From: Tubulanus polymorphus
Taxonomy: Eukaryota > Animalia > Nemertea
Assembly (NCBI RefSeq): GCF_964204645.1
Contig: NC_134027.1
Span: 19,926,560 to 19,990,559 of the forward strand
DNA length: 64,000 bases
Direction of reading: 5' to 3'
In this document: positions 46,250 to 58,558 of the stretch, piece by piece
How the letters are laid out: each line of letters begins with the position of its first letter
How positions within the stretch are numbered: the stretch's first letter is position 1
Notes under the pieces: model-generated
What the model saw: the letters and a program-made list of their open reading frames with translations, nothing else
The model's database searches: none
Told to the model about the DNA's origin: nothing
Made by a program: the position numbers and the translations under genes

Positions 46250-47654
46250 TTACATAATAAAAAAAGTAAAATTTAAAATATAATATTCCTCCGATTACAA
46301 TTCCTATACAAGTTATAGCTAATTTAGTATTTTCATGGGATTTATTATCATCATTTAGTTTAATTATATCATGTTGAATAATATCGGTTCTATTATTTTC
46401 TGATGTATTGTAATCTTTTATTTTAGAATCATTATCCAATTTAATATTCTTAGTTTTAGTTTCAGTTGATTGAATATGTTTTTTATTTTTTTCACCTTCC
46501 ATTAATTTTGGAGCAGTAATAATCTTTTTATTTATATCATTTAATCCAAATGAATTATTTATTGTTGCAGTTTTAATTAGATTATTATAACCAATTATGT
46601 TTCCCATCTTTAATACTAAATCATTAGAAATAATTAATAGATTAGGGCCTATACAATAATTAAGTCTTACATGAGATTTATCTAAATAATTTTGATATCT
46701 TATAATGTTTTCTGGAATCGATCTATTTTTATCATTATGAATTGAATCTTCAAATAAAACTTTAAACTGTTTCTGCGCATCGAATGAAGTGTTATCATTT
46801 CCAATTATCGGTGATCTTGTTTCAACTTGCGCACCTAAAATACAAATTAAATAAGTTCTAATAGATTGATTTATTCTTTCTATACCTGATTTAGTAAAAC
46901 CTTCACTATTTTCTAAAATAAAATATACCCAACCATTATTGTTTTCTTGTTTTAAATTATCATAAAATTTTGGTAATTTATTGAAATTTAATGTTTCTAA
47001 ATCCTTTGTTTCTATTTTACCATAACCTAATTTATTATTATAGATATTATAAAAACTATTAGATGGTATGGGAAGTGCACAATATTCTGCAATCTTTCAA
47101 GGGCATGGAAGTGATCTTATTGTTCCAATTTTTGTTCTAAAATCAGAATTATTTATATCTATATTAAATTCATTGCAAATTTTATAAAACTTAGATAAAT
47201 TAATATTATTATCTAATTCTTTGAAATACCTAGATCCTGGTAAAGCGCACTCTAATTCATTTAATATTATTCTGATTTGAAAGTATGTATGAAATCTAAA
47301 TAAACTTTGAATTAATTTATATTTAGAATTATTCAAATGATCATTCCAACTAATTCCACATCCTGTTGTTGCACAATAAACAGCAAAATTTAATTGATTC
47401 TGCCAATACTTCATATTAGATTTTAATAACCATTGTTTTTCATCTTTCAATTTTTTAAAATTAATTAAATATATATGAAATATATTTTCCATCTTTGCAT
47501 TAAAATTATTAGTTTCAGTAACATAAATTTCTAAATTAGTTAATGAATCTAAAACTTCATTTCTATATGTAATATCTTTATTAAAATCTATTGCTGGAAT
47601 ATTATATTTAATTGATTTATTATGTTGGAAAGCTTTTGGAAAACTATCTACCAT
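46221..47654 (-). pseudogene. Conserved Polinton protein (WQNQLNFAVYC, C-terminal TM), disrupted near 47097
   Basis: ORFs 47097-47654 and 46221-46607, with the intervening sequence homologous to P1. Confidence 0.8.
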
Positions 47655-47670
47655 TTATATAATTAAAAAA

Positions 47671-48105
47671 TTAATAATTTATTAATTCTTTTAATAATTT
47701 ATCTTGTTCTTCAACTGTTATATGACCATTTAAACTTATTATATTATCTAGTGTATTCTTTAATTTATTAATTTCTTTTATATTAGTTTTAATTTTTTCT
47801 TTATTACTTTTTATATTCAATTTTGAACTTTTACCAGTTAAAACACTTGAACTTAATCCTAATACACCAATTGATATAGCTAAAGGTGTTAATGGGCTGA
47901 ATATTGCTAGAAATGTTATTACAGAACTAATTGTAACCGAACCACTTATAATCAAATGATATATAATTTTACTTTTTAAATATTTTTTCTTTTTTATCTT
48001 TAAGTCACTTTCAAATTCTAATATTTGTTTTTCTAAATATGTTTTTAATTTAGTTTTATTTATATCATGAGGAATAATATCAATACTATCAACTTTATCT
48101 TCCAT
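47671..48105 (-). CDS. 144-aa two-TM protein
   Basis: Two hydrophobic stretches flanked by helical Lys-rich regions. Confidence 0.85.
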   Translation of the reverse strand: MEDKVDSIDIIPHDINKTKLKTYLEKQILEFESDLKIKKKKYLKSKIIYHLIISGSVTISSVITFLAIFSPLTPLAISIGVLGLSSSVLTGKSSKLNIKSNKEKIKTNIKEINKLKNTLDNIISLNGHITVEEQDKLLKELINY

Positions 48106-48125
48106 TTATTTAACAAAAAAAATTA

Positions 48126-48548
48126 CTAATTAGTAAACTTATAAGCAACAAATATAACAATAACTGTTCCGCCTAAAATCCATATTATTTCATATTTCTG
48201 TTGTTCTTTACTTGGGGTATAATAATCTGATAATTTAGGTTTGTATAGATGTAATTTTTCTTTATTTGTTACTGCGTTATATAAACTCATTGCATCATCA
48301 ACTGATTGAAAATCTCTATGTGAAATCTTCTGATCATATAATTCTTTATTGATGTAATCCATATAGTTTTGCCTCTTTTCTCTATATTCTTCTGCAGCTT
48401 TATTGTATTTCTCTAACGCTAAGTTATGTCTTCTTTGTTCTCCTAATGAACTATTTTTATCAATATGTTTAAATAAATAACCACCACCAGTAAATGCTAA
48501 AGCGTTAACAATTGCCGATCCTATAATAGTTATAATTGCAGAAGCCAT
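48126..48548 (-). CDS. 140-aa protein with EQRRHNLALE motif and hydrophobic termini
   Basis: Conserved with P1. Confidence 0.85.
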   Translation of the reverse strand: MASAIITIIGSAIVNALAFTGGGYLFKHIDKNSSLGEQRRHNLALEKYNKAAEEYREKRQNYMDYINKELYDQKISHRDFQSVDDAMSLYNAVTNKEKLHLYKPKLSDYYTPSKEQQKYEIIWILGGTVIVIFVAYKFTN

Positions 48549-48573
48549 TTATTTAGCAAAAAAAATTATGCAT

Positions 48574-48795
48574 TTATATGGGAGGAATATATTTTTGTTT
48601 TTCTAAATAATCAATAGTTAAATTAGATAAAGTAACTGCTAATGTTAATTTTAGAATATCATTGATATCAAATCTATCAACATTAACACTTCCCATTTTG
48701 AATACTTTTTTTAATACCATTGAATAACCAACAGTTCCAACTGATAGTAATGCGCCATTATATAATCCAGTTATTATCCACTTATTATCACTCAT
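48574..48795 (-). CDS. 73-aa hydrophobic protein
   Basis: Conserved with P1. Confidence 0.8.
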   Translation of the reverse strand: MSDNKWIITGLYNGALLSVGTVGYSMVLKKVFKMGSVNVDRFDINDILKLTLAVTLSNLTIDYLEKQKYIPPI

Positions 48796-49143
48796 TTATT
48801 TATCAAAAAAATTACTATCTTCAAAATATTTAGTTAACTTATTTATGATTAATTCAACATTTATTTTATTACTAGTTTTATGATTATCATATATTTTGGA
48901 TAATATGTTTTTAATATCATATATGATAAAATCTTCATCTAATTCATAAAATCTTAAAGACTCGGTAATCTTTTCTACATTAAAAGTTTCTTTATCAATT
49001 GTTGTTTCATACTCAAATGTTGTTTCATTAGAAAATGCAATATTTTTGATATGTGTAATTACATCATTAATGTTAAATTTCATTTCTTTCTCACGTTTAA
49101 AATCAAATCCAAAACATATACTCGGTCCAACAGTTATATTCAT
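48796..49143 (-). CDS. 115-aa hypothetical protein
   Basis: Conserved with P1; TAAATG start. Confidence 0.8.
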   Translation of the reverse strand: MNITVGPSICFGFDFKREKEMKFNINDVITHIKNIAFSNETTFEYETTIDKETFNVEKITESLRFYELDEDFIIYDIKNILSKIYDNHKTSNKINVELIINKLTKYFEDSNFFDK

Positions 49144-49159
49144 TTATATAGGTGAAAAA

Positions 49160-49915
49160 TTACTCTTTACATCTTATAACTAATTCATAAATTACAGGAA
49201 AGTTATTCAAATCAATTAAGTATCCATTATGATTTCTTATTTCTAATTTAAAATTATTAAATTGAGGAATACAAGGTTTGAAATCACATTCAGCTAAATT
49301 ATAATTTATTTGCGTTCCAAATTGTTTAACATTTTTTAATGGTAAAATATTTAATATACTAGAATTACATGTTGTATCTTTAGTTGCTTCAAATGTTTTT
49401 GTAGGATCGATTAAATTGCAATAAATATAAAAGTGTGTAAAAGGTATTATATTTGTATAAGTATCAATATTTGAATAATGTCTATCCGGAAGAATTCCAA
49501 ACAGTTTAGCTAAAGGTTTTCTTACTAGAAATCTATGTTGTTCATTAGTTAACTTTATTCTTATTTTATTCGAACTATCACTTTTGATGAATTTAATTTC
49601 AAATCAAGCAGCTGAGCCCATTTTTAAACGAGCTCTTTTATTAATTTCTTGCGCTAATGTTTCTAAATTATATAATCCTGGTTTTAGATAAAGATGAAAC
49701 CATTTATTCAAATTTCTAACATAAATTTTAAAAGCTAAATGATCAAGACTTTTATTCGATATATTATGAAAAGAATTACATAAACTTATATTAACTAATT
49801 TTAAATCTACACAATTCTTGAATTCTCTATCTAATTGTATTAGTAAATTATGAGATTTATAATTTGTAAGTTTTCTAGAATTTACAAATATTCTGTATTC
49901 TTTTAATTCTACCAT
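49160..49915 (-). pseudogene. Putative minor capsid (penton-like) protein, in-frame TGA at 49604-49606
   Basis: The frame continues to LEIRNHNGYLIDLNNFPVIYEL. Confidence 0.65.
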
Positions 49916-49932
49916 TTATTTTACATATTTTC

Positions 49933-50267
49933 TTATTCGAAATCTATTTCATGGTGCCCTTTTTCATTCTTACCTTTATATATGAAATAGAAATCACCAG
50001 AATATAATTCTTCTAGATCTTCACTTGATAATCTATGAAATCTATCTGGTAATTAAGTTCTGAATTTATATTTATTTCCTTTTAATCCTTCATATTCTAA
50101 ATGAATTACTAATTTATCTCCATATTTATTAGTAATTGTTTCAATGTTAGTAATTAAATATTTCTTGTGAATTGTTAACTCAGTTAGTTTTTTAAATCTA
50201 CGGATTTGACGCTTGAAGTATCTTTAATTCTATCTAAGAATTCACTGTGTACTTGTTTACTCTCCAT
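49933..50267 (-). pseudogene. About 110-aa small protein (NKYGDKLVI...LPDRF), possibly OB-fold-like; one frameshift and one stop
   Basis: Manual translation from the TAAATG start at 50267. Confidence 0.55.
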
Positions 50268-50295
50268 TTATTATACAAATTTTTATTGAAATTGA

Positions 50296-53200
50296 TTAAC
50301 ACGCTAGAATCCTTTTCATAATCTCATTTTCTTTTGTTTCTTCTCTTTTGAATTTTATATATTCATCTAAATTGCAACCATAGGCGACTGTGTGGATTCC
50401 ATCATCTAAAATATATCTTTTATCATCAAATGGATTCAAACTTATCTTCTCTATCTCTTCAATATACATTTCATGATCTTCAGATCTTAAACATTTCATC
50501 TTATGTTTTCTAACTTCTTCATTAAATATACAATTGATATAATCTTTAAAATGAATATTCTTTTCAACAACGCTTTTGGTTATTCTTTTTAACTTTTTAG
50601 CTTCATGTTCTTTAGTTTTATATGAATACATTTTAGATCTAATACCTATGAACTCTATCATTTCTTCACCACCTAATTCATCTTTGAATTTACCGGGAAC
50701 TTTTTTATTATCATTGCTAAACAATTCATGATCTTTAGGATAGTTACTGAAATCAAAATGATGTTTTAATGTTTTTAAATCATCAGTTATATTATCAGTT
50801 TTTATCTTTAATATGTAAGAATCTGTATCAAAATATAAGATTTCTATATGTTTTTCTCCAAAATGAGGTTGTAATACGTTATAATAGAATTCATACATCA
50901 ATAGCTTTGAAATTTCTAAAACTGCAGCTCCAACATAAATCGGTTTATTAAATTTCATTGAAGTTCTTCTCATATTAACTGCTGCTAAATTTTCATCAAA
51001 TATTCTGTTACCTATAAACTTAGGATATGATTGTAAATGCCTTATCCTTTTACCATTACTAACTAACTCAATATCATTTCTATTTCTAATATTTTCACAA
51101 GTCTTACCATAGAACGCATTGTTCATTAGTTTGAAGAAATCCTTCTCAAAATCAGTTTTAGATTTAGTTCTCTGTGTAGTATTAAAATCTATATATTTTT
51201 CTAACCATTTAGATTGACTGAATGAAATATATCTATGTACTTTTTTTAATATCATTCTTTGTCTCAAATAAAACTTCAACATTCTATAATGCACAACGTA
51301 ATTATATTTATCTTCTTGAGTTACCATTAACTTTTCAGTATGAATATGATTATCGGGTTTAATTCTTTTTTGATAATTTGATAATTCTTCATGTTTAACA
51401 GTTTTATGTTCGGGACAATATGCTAGATTTCTAGATTTGAATTTAATATTTTCAGGGTATTCTAAATCTACAACGAAGAAGTAACCAATATCTGAATCAT
51501 CTGCAATATCTAGGATTCTTTTCTTCCAATCAAATTTATCAATTTGTAAAACTTCAGTTATTTCAAACATCCCATAAGGTTGTGGTTCCATCATTGCCCA
51601 ACCATAAAGATTATTTGCATCTATGTATAATAATTTATATCCAGGATTATCATTTACATTGAAATATCTATCACCCAATACACCTGAAACACCTCCTCTT
51701 ATAGATTTTTCAAATAATAGTAATTGATCTATATTTGTTAACAAATCCATTTTTATATCTGTAAATTTTAATCCACAATCCCATGTTAATCCTGGTGATG
51801 AATAACAATGACAAGGATCAATATTGAAATATTTTAGGTTTACATCTCTAAACCTTTCGAATATATCGGTTAATAATAATACATCTGATTTTAAATATAA
51901 ATCTACTAATTGCCCGTGATTTTCTATTTTGAAATGATTCCAAATATTCAATGTTCTATTATAGACTTCATCTTTAACATATTCATTTTTTAATTCATCA
52001 TAGAATTGTTCTTTTAATAATTCAGTTATATTAAAATCATTATGATTTTTATAGAAAGAATATGGAATCGCTCCTTTATATCTCATTAATTGGAAATCAT
52101 CATTATTTGGGTAATATTCTTTTAATATCTTTAATTCATCATCAACTAATGATTTTGATAAGTTATCTAATGAACTACTTAAAAATCTATATGAATCTAT
52201 AAATCTTAGACAACCAAATTGGAATGATATATAATTCTCAGATGTTTTAGCTAACATTCTAAATTTATAAGTTGGTATTTTATCTTTTGATCTATTTGAA
52301 TTTAATATTTCTATTTCATTATTGATTTCTTCTATTTTGTGACATAACCGTTTGATAAATAAATGTGCATCATATCCTGATAGGTTATGAAATATAACTG
52401 GTACAAAGTTAATTTTCTTAGCTTGTAAGTTACAATTCTCATGTGCAGCGCCTCTAAACTTTCCATTCAAATGATCATGGTCTCTTACTTTTTTATCTTT
52501 ATAATTAAATATCTTTTCACAATAATAACATTTATCTGCAAACGCAAATTCTTCTTTATCTTTTTCTGTCATTATAATTTCTATATTTGTATTCAATAAT
52601 TTACTAAATCTTATTTCATATTCAATTAATAAGTCACAAAAATGATTGATAACATTTTCATTTCTATAATTATAATATTCACTTTTAATTAGTTCTGGAT
52701 AATTAGATTTAATATATAACCCTAAAGCTGCAGCTGATTGATGAATCTTTTTAATTGTATTTGTTATTGGTGGTTCTTCTGAATAATCACTTTCATTAGA
52801 ATTTAATTTCTTTCTTTTATAACATATATCTTTTCTATCTTTATCTGTTAATTCTTTATTTAATGATTCAAAATCTCCATATATTACAAATGGTAATTTA
52901 TTTTTGTAATCATATTTTTTGAATTCTAATATTTTATCCTTTTCATTTGGTAAAACTAATTTACAATAATCATGATTATCACATAGTTGTTTATGATTTA
53001 ATAATGTACTTTCATTACTAAATTTATGTAAACATTTTCTACATAGATATATTTTATTATGGTGATCACTTTCTGATTTGAAAAATAAATCGATTTGTTT
53101 AATCCACATATAATGATTTTCATAATATAGTATATCTATAACATCATTTGAATCATAATCTTTTGATAGATATAAAGGTTCTAATGTATAATGTTTTATG

Positions 53201-54330
53201 TTGTTACCTTTTGTATTTGGTAATTTGATTAAATCAAATACATTTATTTTAAGATTATTATCTCTTTCTATTTTTGGAATATTTTTAATTCTAACAGGAT
53301 ACTTATCTATCTTATAATTATTTTCAAATTGTTTATAATGAGTTAATCTAAAACTATGTTGTTTATAATCTTCAACTGGGTGTAAACAACTTATTATAGC
53401 CCATATAAAACATTTATTATCAAAATTTTGTATATTTATTACACCATTAGTTTTAAATGGTAGTTTAATATAACTTGTTCCATTTATACTATCATCTTTA
53501 TAATATGATAAATTATTTTCATCAATTGGTTTTGATTTAGTTAACTTATTATATTTTGTGTTATAAACATGTAAAGTTATAAATATTATCTCATCAAATA
53601 TTAAACCAGATCCTTCAAAATATTTCTCTTCTATTTTAGTTTTTATTTCATTATAACATTTATTTAATTTATCATCTATATGTTGTTTAGATATAATATG
53701 TTGTGAATGAGAATTTATATTATATATTGGTTTATCTTCAGATTTTATAAATTTAACTTTAACTGATATACTAATTTTTGGATATTCTACGTTTGTAATT
53801 ATTTTTATTATTTCTTTCATATTTTCTAAATGTTTTTTATTTTCTTCTAATGTTTTTCCTTTATGAAATTTAAACTCGATAGCTGCTGGACCAATATCAC
53901 TTTTAAATGCTTCGGTTATCTCTATATCTTTTTTATTATCTAATGAATTAATATAATTTCTTACATCTTCCATGTATGGTCTTTTATTGTTTAATTTATT
54001 TTTTATTCTTTTAATTGTCTTCTGTTTCTTATCGTTATCATTATCAAAATAATCTTCACCTAAAATATCATTATTCTTATTTCTAATATGACTTTTAGAT
54101 TTAAAATGTTCATTATAATATCTTTTATCACTGAATGATTGATTACATGTATCACATTTGTATGTTTCTTTTTCATCCTTTAATTCTTCTAATTTAGTTT
54201 CTAATATATCATCTTTATATTCTAGTTTCAATTTATTCTCTAAATGTGTTCTAGTTTTATTGTGTCTTGCTTTTTGGGATTTATCTATATTTATCTTACA
54301 TGTTGGGCAGTAGTACTTATTTGCTTCCAT
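50296..54330 (-). CDS. pPolB: Protein-primed family B DNA polymerase, 1344 aa, open frame, no intein
   Basis: N-terminal zinc fingers, OTU-like NFDNKCFIWA...HY, Exo YGDFES / HNLSGYD / YLKSD, endonuclease VII-like RDHDH...AHENCN, YIDANNLY, KLMNNAFYGK, YFDTDS. Confidence 0.98.
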   Translation of the reverse strand: MEANKYYCPTCKINIDKSQKARHNKTRTHLENKLKLEYKDDILETKLEELKDEKETYKCDTCNQSFSDKRYYNEHFKSKSHIRNKNNDILGEDYFDNDNDKKQKTIKRIKNKLNNKRPYMEDVRNYINSLDNKKDIEITEAFKSDIGPAAIEFKFHKGKTLEENKKHLENMKEIIKIITNVEYPKISISVKVKFIKSEDKPIYNINSHSQHIISKQHIDDKLNKCYNEIKTKIEEKYFEGSGLIFDEIIFITLHVYNTKYNKLTKSKPIDENNLSYYKDDSINGTSYIKLPFKTNGVINIQNFDNKCFIWAIISCLHPVEDYKQHSFRLTHYKQFENNYKIDKYPVRIKNIPKIERDNNLKINVFDLIKLPNTKGNNIKHYTLEPLYLSKDYDSNDVIDILYYENHYMWIKQIDLFFKSESDHHNKIYLCRKCLHKFSNESTLLNHKQLCDNHDYCKLVLPNEKDKILEFKKYDYKNKLPFVIYGDFESLNKELTDKDRKDICYKRKKLNSNESDYSEEPPITNTIKKIHQSAAALGLYIKSNYPELIKSEYYNYRNENVINHFCDLLIEYEIRFSKLLNTNIEIIMTEKDKEEFAFADKCYYCEKIFNYKDKKVRDHDHLNGKFRGAAHENCNLQAKKINFVPVIFHNLSGYDAHLFIKRLCHKIEEINNEIEILNSNRSKDKIPTYKFRMLAKTSENYISFQFGCLRFIDSYRFLSSSLDNLSKSLVDDELKILKEYYPNNDDFQLMRYKGAIPYSFYKNHNDFNITELLKEQFYDELKNEYVKDEVYNRTLNIWNHFKIENHGQLVDLYLKSDVLLLTDIFERFRDVNLKYFNIDPCHCYSSPGLTWDCGLKFTDIKMDLLTNIDQLLLFEKSIRGGVSGVLGDRYFNVNDNPGYKLLYIDANNLYGWAMMEPQPYGMFEITEVLQIDKFDWKKRILDIADDSDIGYFFVVDLEYPENIKFKSRNLAYCPEHKTVKHEELSNYQKRIKPDNHIHTEKLMVTQEDKYNYVVHYRMLKFYLRQRMILKKVHRYISFSQSKWLEKYIDFNTTQRTKSKTDFEKDFFKLMNNAFYGKTCENIRNRNDIELVSNGKRIRHLQSYPKFIGNRIFDENLAAVNMRRTSMKFNKPIYVGAAVLEISKLLMYEFYYNVLQPHFGEKHIEILYFDTDSYILKIKTDNITDDLKTLKHHFDFSNYPKDHELFSNDNKKVPGKFKDELGGEEMIEFIGIRSKMYSYKTKEHEAKKLKRITKSVVEKNIHFKDYINCIFNEEVRKHKMKCLRSEDHEMYIEEIEKISLNPFDDKRYILDDGIHTVAYGCNLDEYIKFKREETKENEIMKRILAC

Positions 54331-54488
54331 TTTAATACTATATTTTTTATTAAAATTGATTTTAGAAGTTCAATGATTTAAATGTTATTCATATATATGA
54401 ATATTTTAAGAGTAATAGGGGTAATAGGCTTTCAAGCTAAAGGTTGAACGGGCGGGTGAGTAAAAATGAAAAACATATCCCTATTACT
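54217..54488 (-). repeat. P2 right TIR with internally deleted terminal palindrome
   Basis: Matches 37001 back to about 36742, then jumps to the terminal ATCCCTATTACT. Confidence 0.9.
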
Positions 54489-54728
54489 TATATCTAATAT
54501 CATAAGATGGATTTTATTGTTCAATGCAGGTTTGTGACAATACGATACTGTATGGAACATTGCTAATACGAGTTAAAATGTTTGAGGCATTATATATGTA
54601 CGTACGTTGTTTTTATTTCGTACGTATTAGATAAAAAAAATTCTAAACTCCATTATAAAATTATTCAGTGAAAGTTTAAGGCAAGAAATCACAGCGGTAG
54701 TTAAGTACGTACGAATTGATAAGATGAT

Positions 54729-55060
54729 TAGTATATTATTCACATTGGTCAGTGTTCTCAGCTCCGCGGTATTTGAAGGATGGGGAGCAATGGAAAACAA
54801 ACCGGGATCTGAGATCACCGAGCCAACACCCTGTTTTGCATTAAAATGTGGTTCTAATTTTTTTTTGTTTTTTGTCAATTCCTACTACATAGAATATTTT
54901 AACTAGAATCCACTCGTGACCCACACGAACTCAAATGACACGCACCACTCGAGATCCAAACGAAGACTGGTCGCTACGCTTATCACATGTGACAAGTGTA
55001 AATAGTATATTATTCACATTGGTCAGTGTTCTCAGCTCCGCGGTATTTGATGGATGGGGA
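54729..55060 (+). repeat. Two copies of a roughly 58-bp direct repeat
   Basis: TAGTATATTATTCACATTGGTCAGTGTTCTCAGCTCCGCGGTATTTGA at about 54730 and 55003. Confidence 0.8.
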
Positions 55061-55503
55061 TTAGAAAACAACCTTGGTCCTTACCACCTGACCACACTCC
55101 CCACTGCCTACCTCTACCACATATAATAAATCCCCGATCACACAAATAATCCCCAACCCACAAATAAGCCCCAACCCCACAAAACCTAACCCCCACTTAA
55201 AAACCGACTGAAATGAGGAGCAAACTGAAGAATATAATTTATGGACCATACACACGCGAACACTTTAAAAACGACTGTCATCATCACTCCGCAATATCCA
55301 CTATGAGGGACACATGGGTCAGGTGAGCGCAGGTGTCATATTCTTAGTTATGAAAAAGTGGACTAAATGGATTATGAATGTACAGGGAATGCCAAGGAAG
55401 TTTTGTCAACGATTTATTAGAGATGTTCTGCAATTTTGGTGAATTATATTTGTTCATATGGACACTTGGATTTATAACCATATTGAACTATAGTTCATAT
55501 ACC

Positions 55504-58500
55504 ATGTACACAAGGACTGAACTCTGTGACCTCAGGACTAGTAATAGGTCTTTATCAGGTGAATTAGTATCACACTTGAGACAGTTTGGTATCTAAAAAC
55601 GTGGATCAACGGGGCGTGGTAAAAGAGCTGGCAAACATTCTGAAGCACTGCTGAACTTAACTTGCTGGAACTCCAGGTCATTGAATGGAAAACAGACCCC
55701 ACTGTGTGACCTAGTTCATAATAACAATACTGACATTTGTGTTATACCTGAGTCTTGACTGAAGGGTAACGATTCTGATGACATCATTATTTCAGAACTT
55801 AAAAGACAATTACCAGCACATTTATTTGCTCATGAACCTAGACTCTCTAAAACTGGCGGTGGTATTGGTCTACTATATAAAGACAGCTTTAAATTGCATC
55901 GTAATGAACTGGTTGCATATAAACTGTTTGAGTACCTAGATGTGTCATTGACATCAGGGTCAACTACCACACGTGTCATTGGAGTTTATAGGCCAGATCC
56001 ATATCCTAAGAACATTAGTGGATTTATCAGAGAATTTTCTTCACTTCTGGAAGAGGTAATTCCAGGAACTGAGTTTTTCGTCATCACAGGTGATTTTAAC
56101 ATACACATGGATAAAATCTCTGAAGCACCGGTAACTAAGTTTCTTGACTGTTTAGAGACATTTGGATTACATCAGGTTGTTCAAGAGTCGACTCATATAA
56201 AAGGACATATCCTTGATCTGCTAATTGTCAAATCCTCGCAGATGGACATGGTGCGGTGGTTGGAGGTTGACCCCTCACTACCTCCGGATCACTTCGCAGT
56301 TAACTGTGGTTTCAGTATTGCAAAGCCTTTTAGTTGTGGCAAGGTTTGTTCCTTTCGCAAGATCAAGGACATAAATGTTGATATGTTTTGCGTGGATATC
56401 ACTAACTCTGATCTCTTGTTAAACCCTTGTGATGACCTTGATACATTGGTTGATCAGTATAACACCACTCTTTCTGACCTTCTTGATAAACATGCTCCAT
56501 TAATCAAAAGGACAGTTAGAAATCGGCCAGATGCTCCATGGATGAGTGATGATATACGACAGGCTAGGAGGGTTAGGAGGAAGGTTGAGATAAAGTGGAG
56601 AAAAGAACGCACTGAGATCAGCAGACAACTCTATCGGATACAGGCTAAAATTGTCTCTGCCCTAATTAACAATGCTAAGATGGAGTATAACAAGCTGCGT
56701 ATCAGTTCTGGGAATAGTAAGGAGTTGTTTAAGATAGTGAACAACTTGTTCGGTAAACCTGTACCATCGCCGCTACCAGATCACTCGGATGCTGAACTCA
56801 TGGCTGATGAGTTTTCCGTCTTCTTTAGTCAGAAGGTTGCACGAATTCGTGATGATCTCGATTGCTCTGGAAATGAGACTGTCGCATATCGACCTGTTCA
56901 GTTATACATCCTCTCAAACAATTCGCACTCACTTCGGATGACGAACTTAAACGTCTGGTTATGTCTCTAACTGCCAAGAGTTGTGAACTAGATCTAATTC
57001 CTACCAGTCTACTAAAGTAATGTATTGAACCACTTTTACCGGTACTACTTCGTATAACTAACATGTCCATTACCAGTGGACATGTACCCGGAGTACTTAA
57101 ACGTGCGATTGTTAAACCTCTTCTTAAGAAGACTAATCTCAACAAAGAGGAACTGTCTAACTATCGACCAGTTTCTAACTTGAGTTTCCTTTCAAAGTTG
57201 GTTGAACGAATCATAGCTGCACGACTGAGGACGCATATGGAGCTTAATGTACTGTATGATCCCCATCAATCAGCCTATAGCTGTGGACATAGCACTGAAA
57301 CTGCCCTTCCATTAAAGTTTCTGACTTTATACTGTCAGCATTAGATAATGGTCATGAGGCTTTGTTGGTCCTTTTAGATTTATCTGCTGCATTTGATACC
57401 GCTGACCATCAGATTCTATTACAAAGACTTCATGCGCGAATGGGAATATGTGACGGTGCTTTGCCTTGCTTTAGATCTTATCTACACGGGAGGAGTTCAC
57501 ATTGTGTTAAAGAAGAACAGTCTACCCCAACCCCTTTAGCATATGGTGTTCCTCAAGGGTCTGTACTTGGCCCTGTATTATTCACATTGTATACAATTCC
57601 CCTTAGTGATATCATGTTGGAAAATAACATTCCGTATGAGCTTTTTGCAGATGAAAACCAGGTTATGGACTCTGTACCACTTGGTGATCTCGAGCTTACC
57701 AAGGCTATGGTTGATAATGTTCAAACGTGTATTGTTGATACCAGGTCGTGGCTGACTGTAAACAAGCTAGCTCTAAATGCTGTGAAGACAGATGCTGCTA
57801 CCTTCGTCTCAACCAGAAGATCTGGTACCATACATGATGTTAACGTCGATGGAACATTAATTCAGGTTTCTGAATGTGTAAAAGACTTGAATTTCTGAAT
57901 GTGAAAAGGTGTTTTGCTTGATCGTGGAATGACAATGGATCCGCATATAAAAGCATCATGCAAAGCCGCTTTCGGTAGCTTATATAAGATTAGCCGTATA
58001 CGGAAACATCTCGACACTGAGAGCACAAAAAACTAGTGCATGCACTTGTTATGTCCCGCATTGACTATGGCAATTCATTGCTGTGTGGACTACCGTCCAG
58101 TTCTCTTCTACCCTTACAAGGGGTACAAAATATGGCTGCTAGAGTGATTAGTCGGCGCAGAAAGTATGACCACATATCACCTGTCCCTCAGGAGCTTCAC
58201 TGGCTACCAATCCAGTCTCGCACTGAATATAAAGTTATCTGTCTTGTACATCGTGCGTTGTACCAAGATGCCAGTTTATCTGTCGGACATGTTGAAATTG
58301 GTGGAAGGCAGAACACGGTCATGTGTCACCGGAGCCTAGTTGTACCGCGTACCAACAATAGATATGGCGATCGGTCCTTTTCTCATAAAGGTCCATTATT
58401 GTGGAACAGTCTACCAGTCGGAATCAGGAACATTGAAGATGTGACCTGCTTTCGAAAAGCTTAGAAAACTTTATTGTATAGAAGGCATAATGTGGAGACA

Positions 58501-58558
58501 GCGCACTGAGCGTGGAAACATGGATTCTGCGCTATACAAGCTCTTATTATTATTATTT
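55504..58558 (+). mobile_element. Degenerate L2/CR1-group LINE (APE endonuclease plus RT) with (TTA)n tail
   Basis: GVYRP, TGDFNIH, THIKGHILDL; NYRPVSNL, QSAY, LLDLSAAFDT, GVPQGSVLGP, FADE; LHWLP; TTATTATTATTA tail. Confidence 0.93.

Larger units (their letters stand above)
36542..54488. mobile_element. Polinton/Maverick P2 (17,947 bp), largely intact
   Basis: AGT...ACT ends. TSD TATATC at 36536-36541 and 54489-54494. TIRs 36542-37001 and 54217-54488. Confidence 0.97.

Noticed and set aside
22457-49606. In-frame TGA in both penton candidates suggesting readthrough or recoding
   Set aside because: The stops are at different codons and align with different residues (Arg, Gly; also Leu in pPolB), so independent nonsense mutations are simpler.
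49950-49959. Possible fourth copy of the GC palindrome (CATGGTGCCC)
   Set aside because: Too short, on the non-coding strand, and lacking the rest of the motif.
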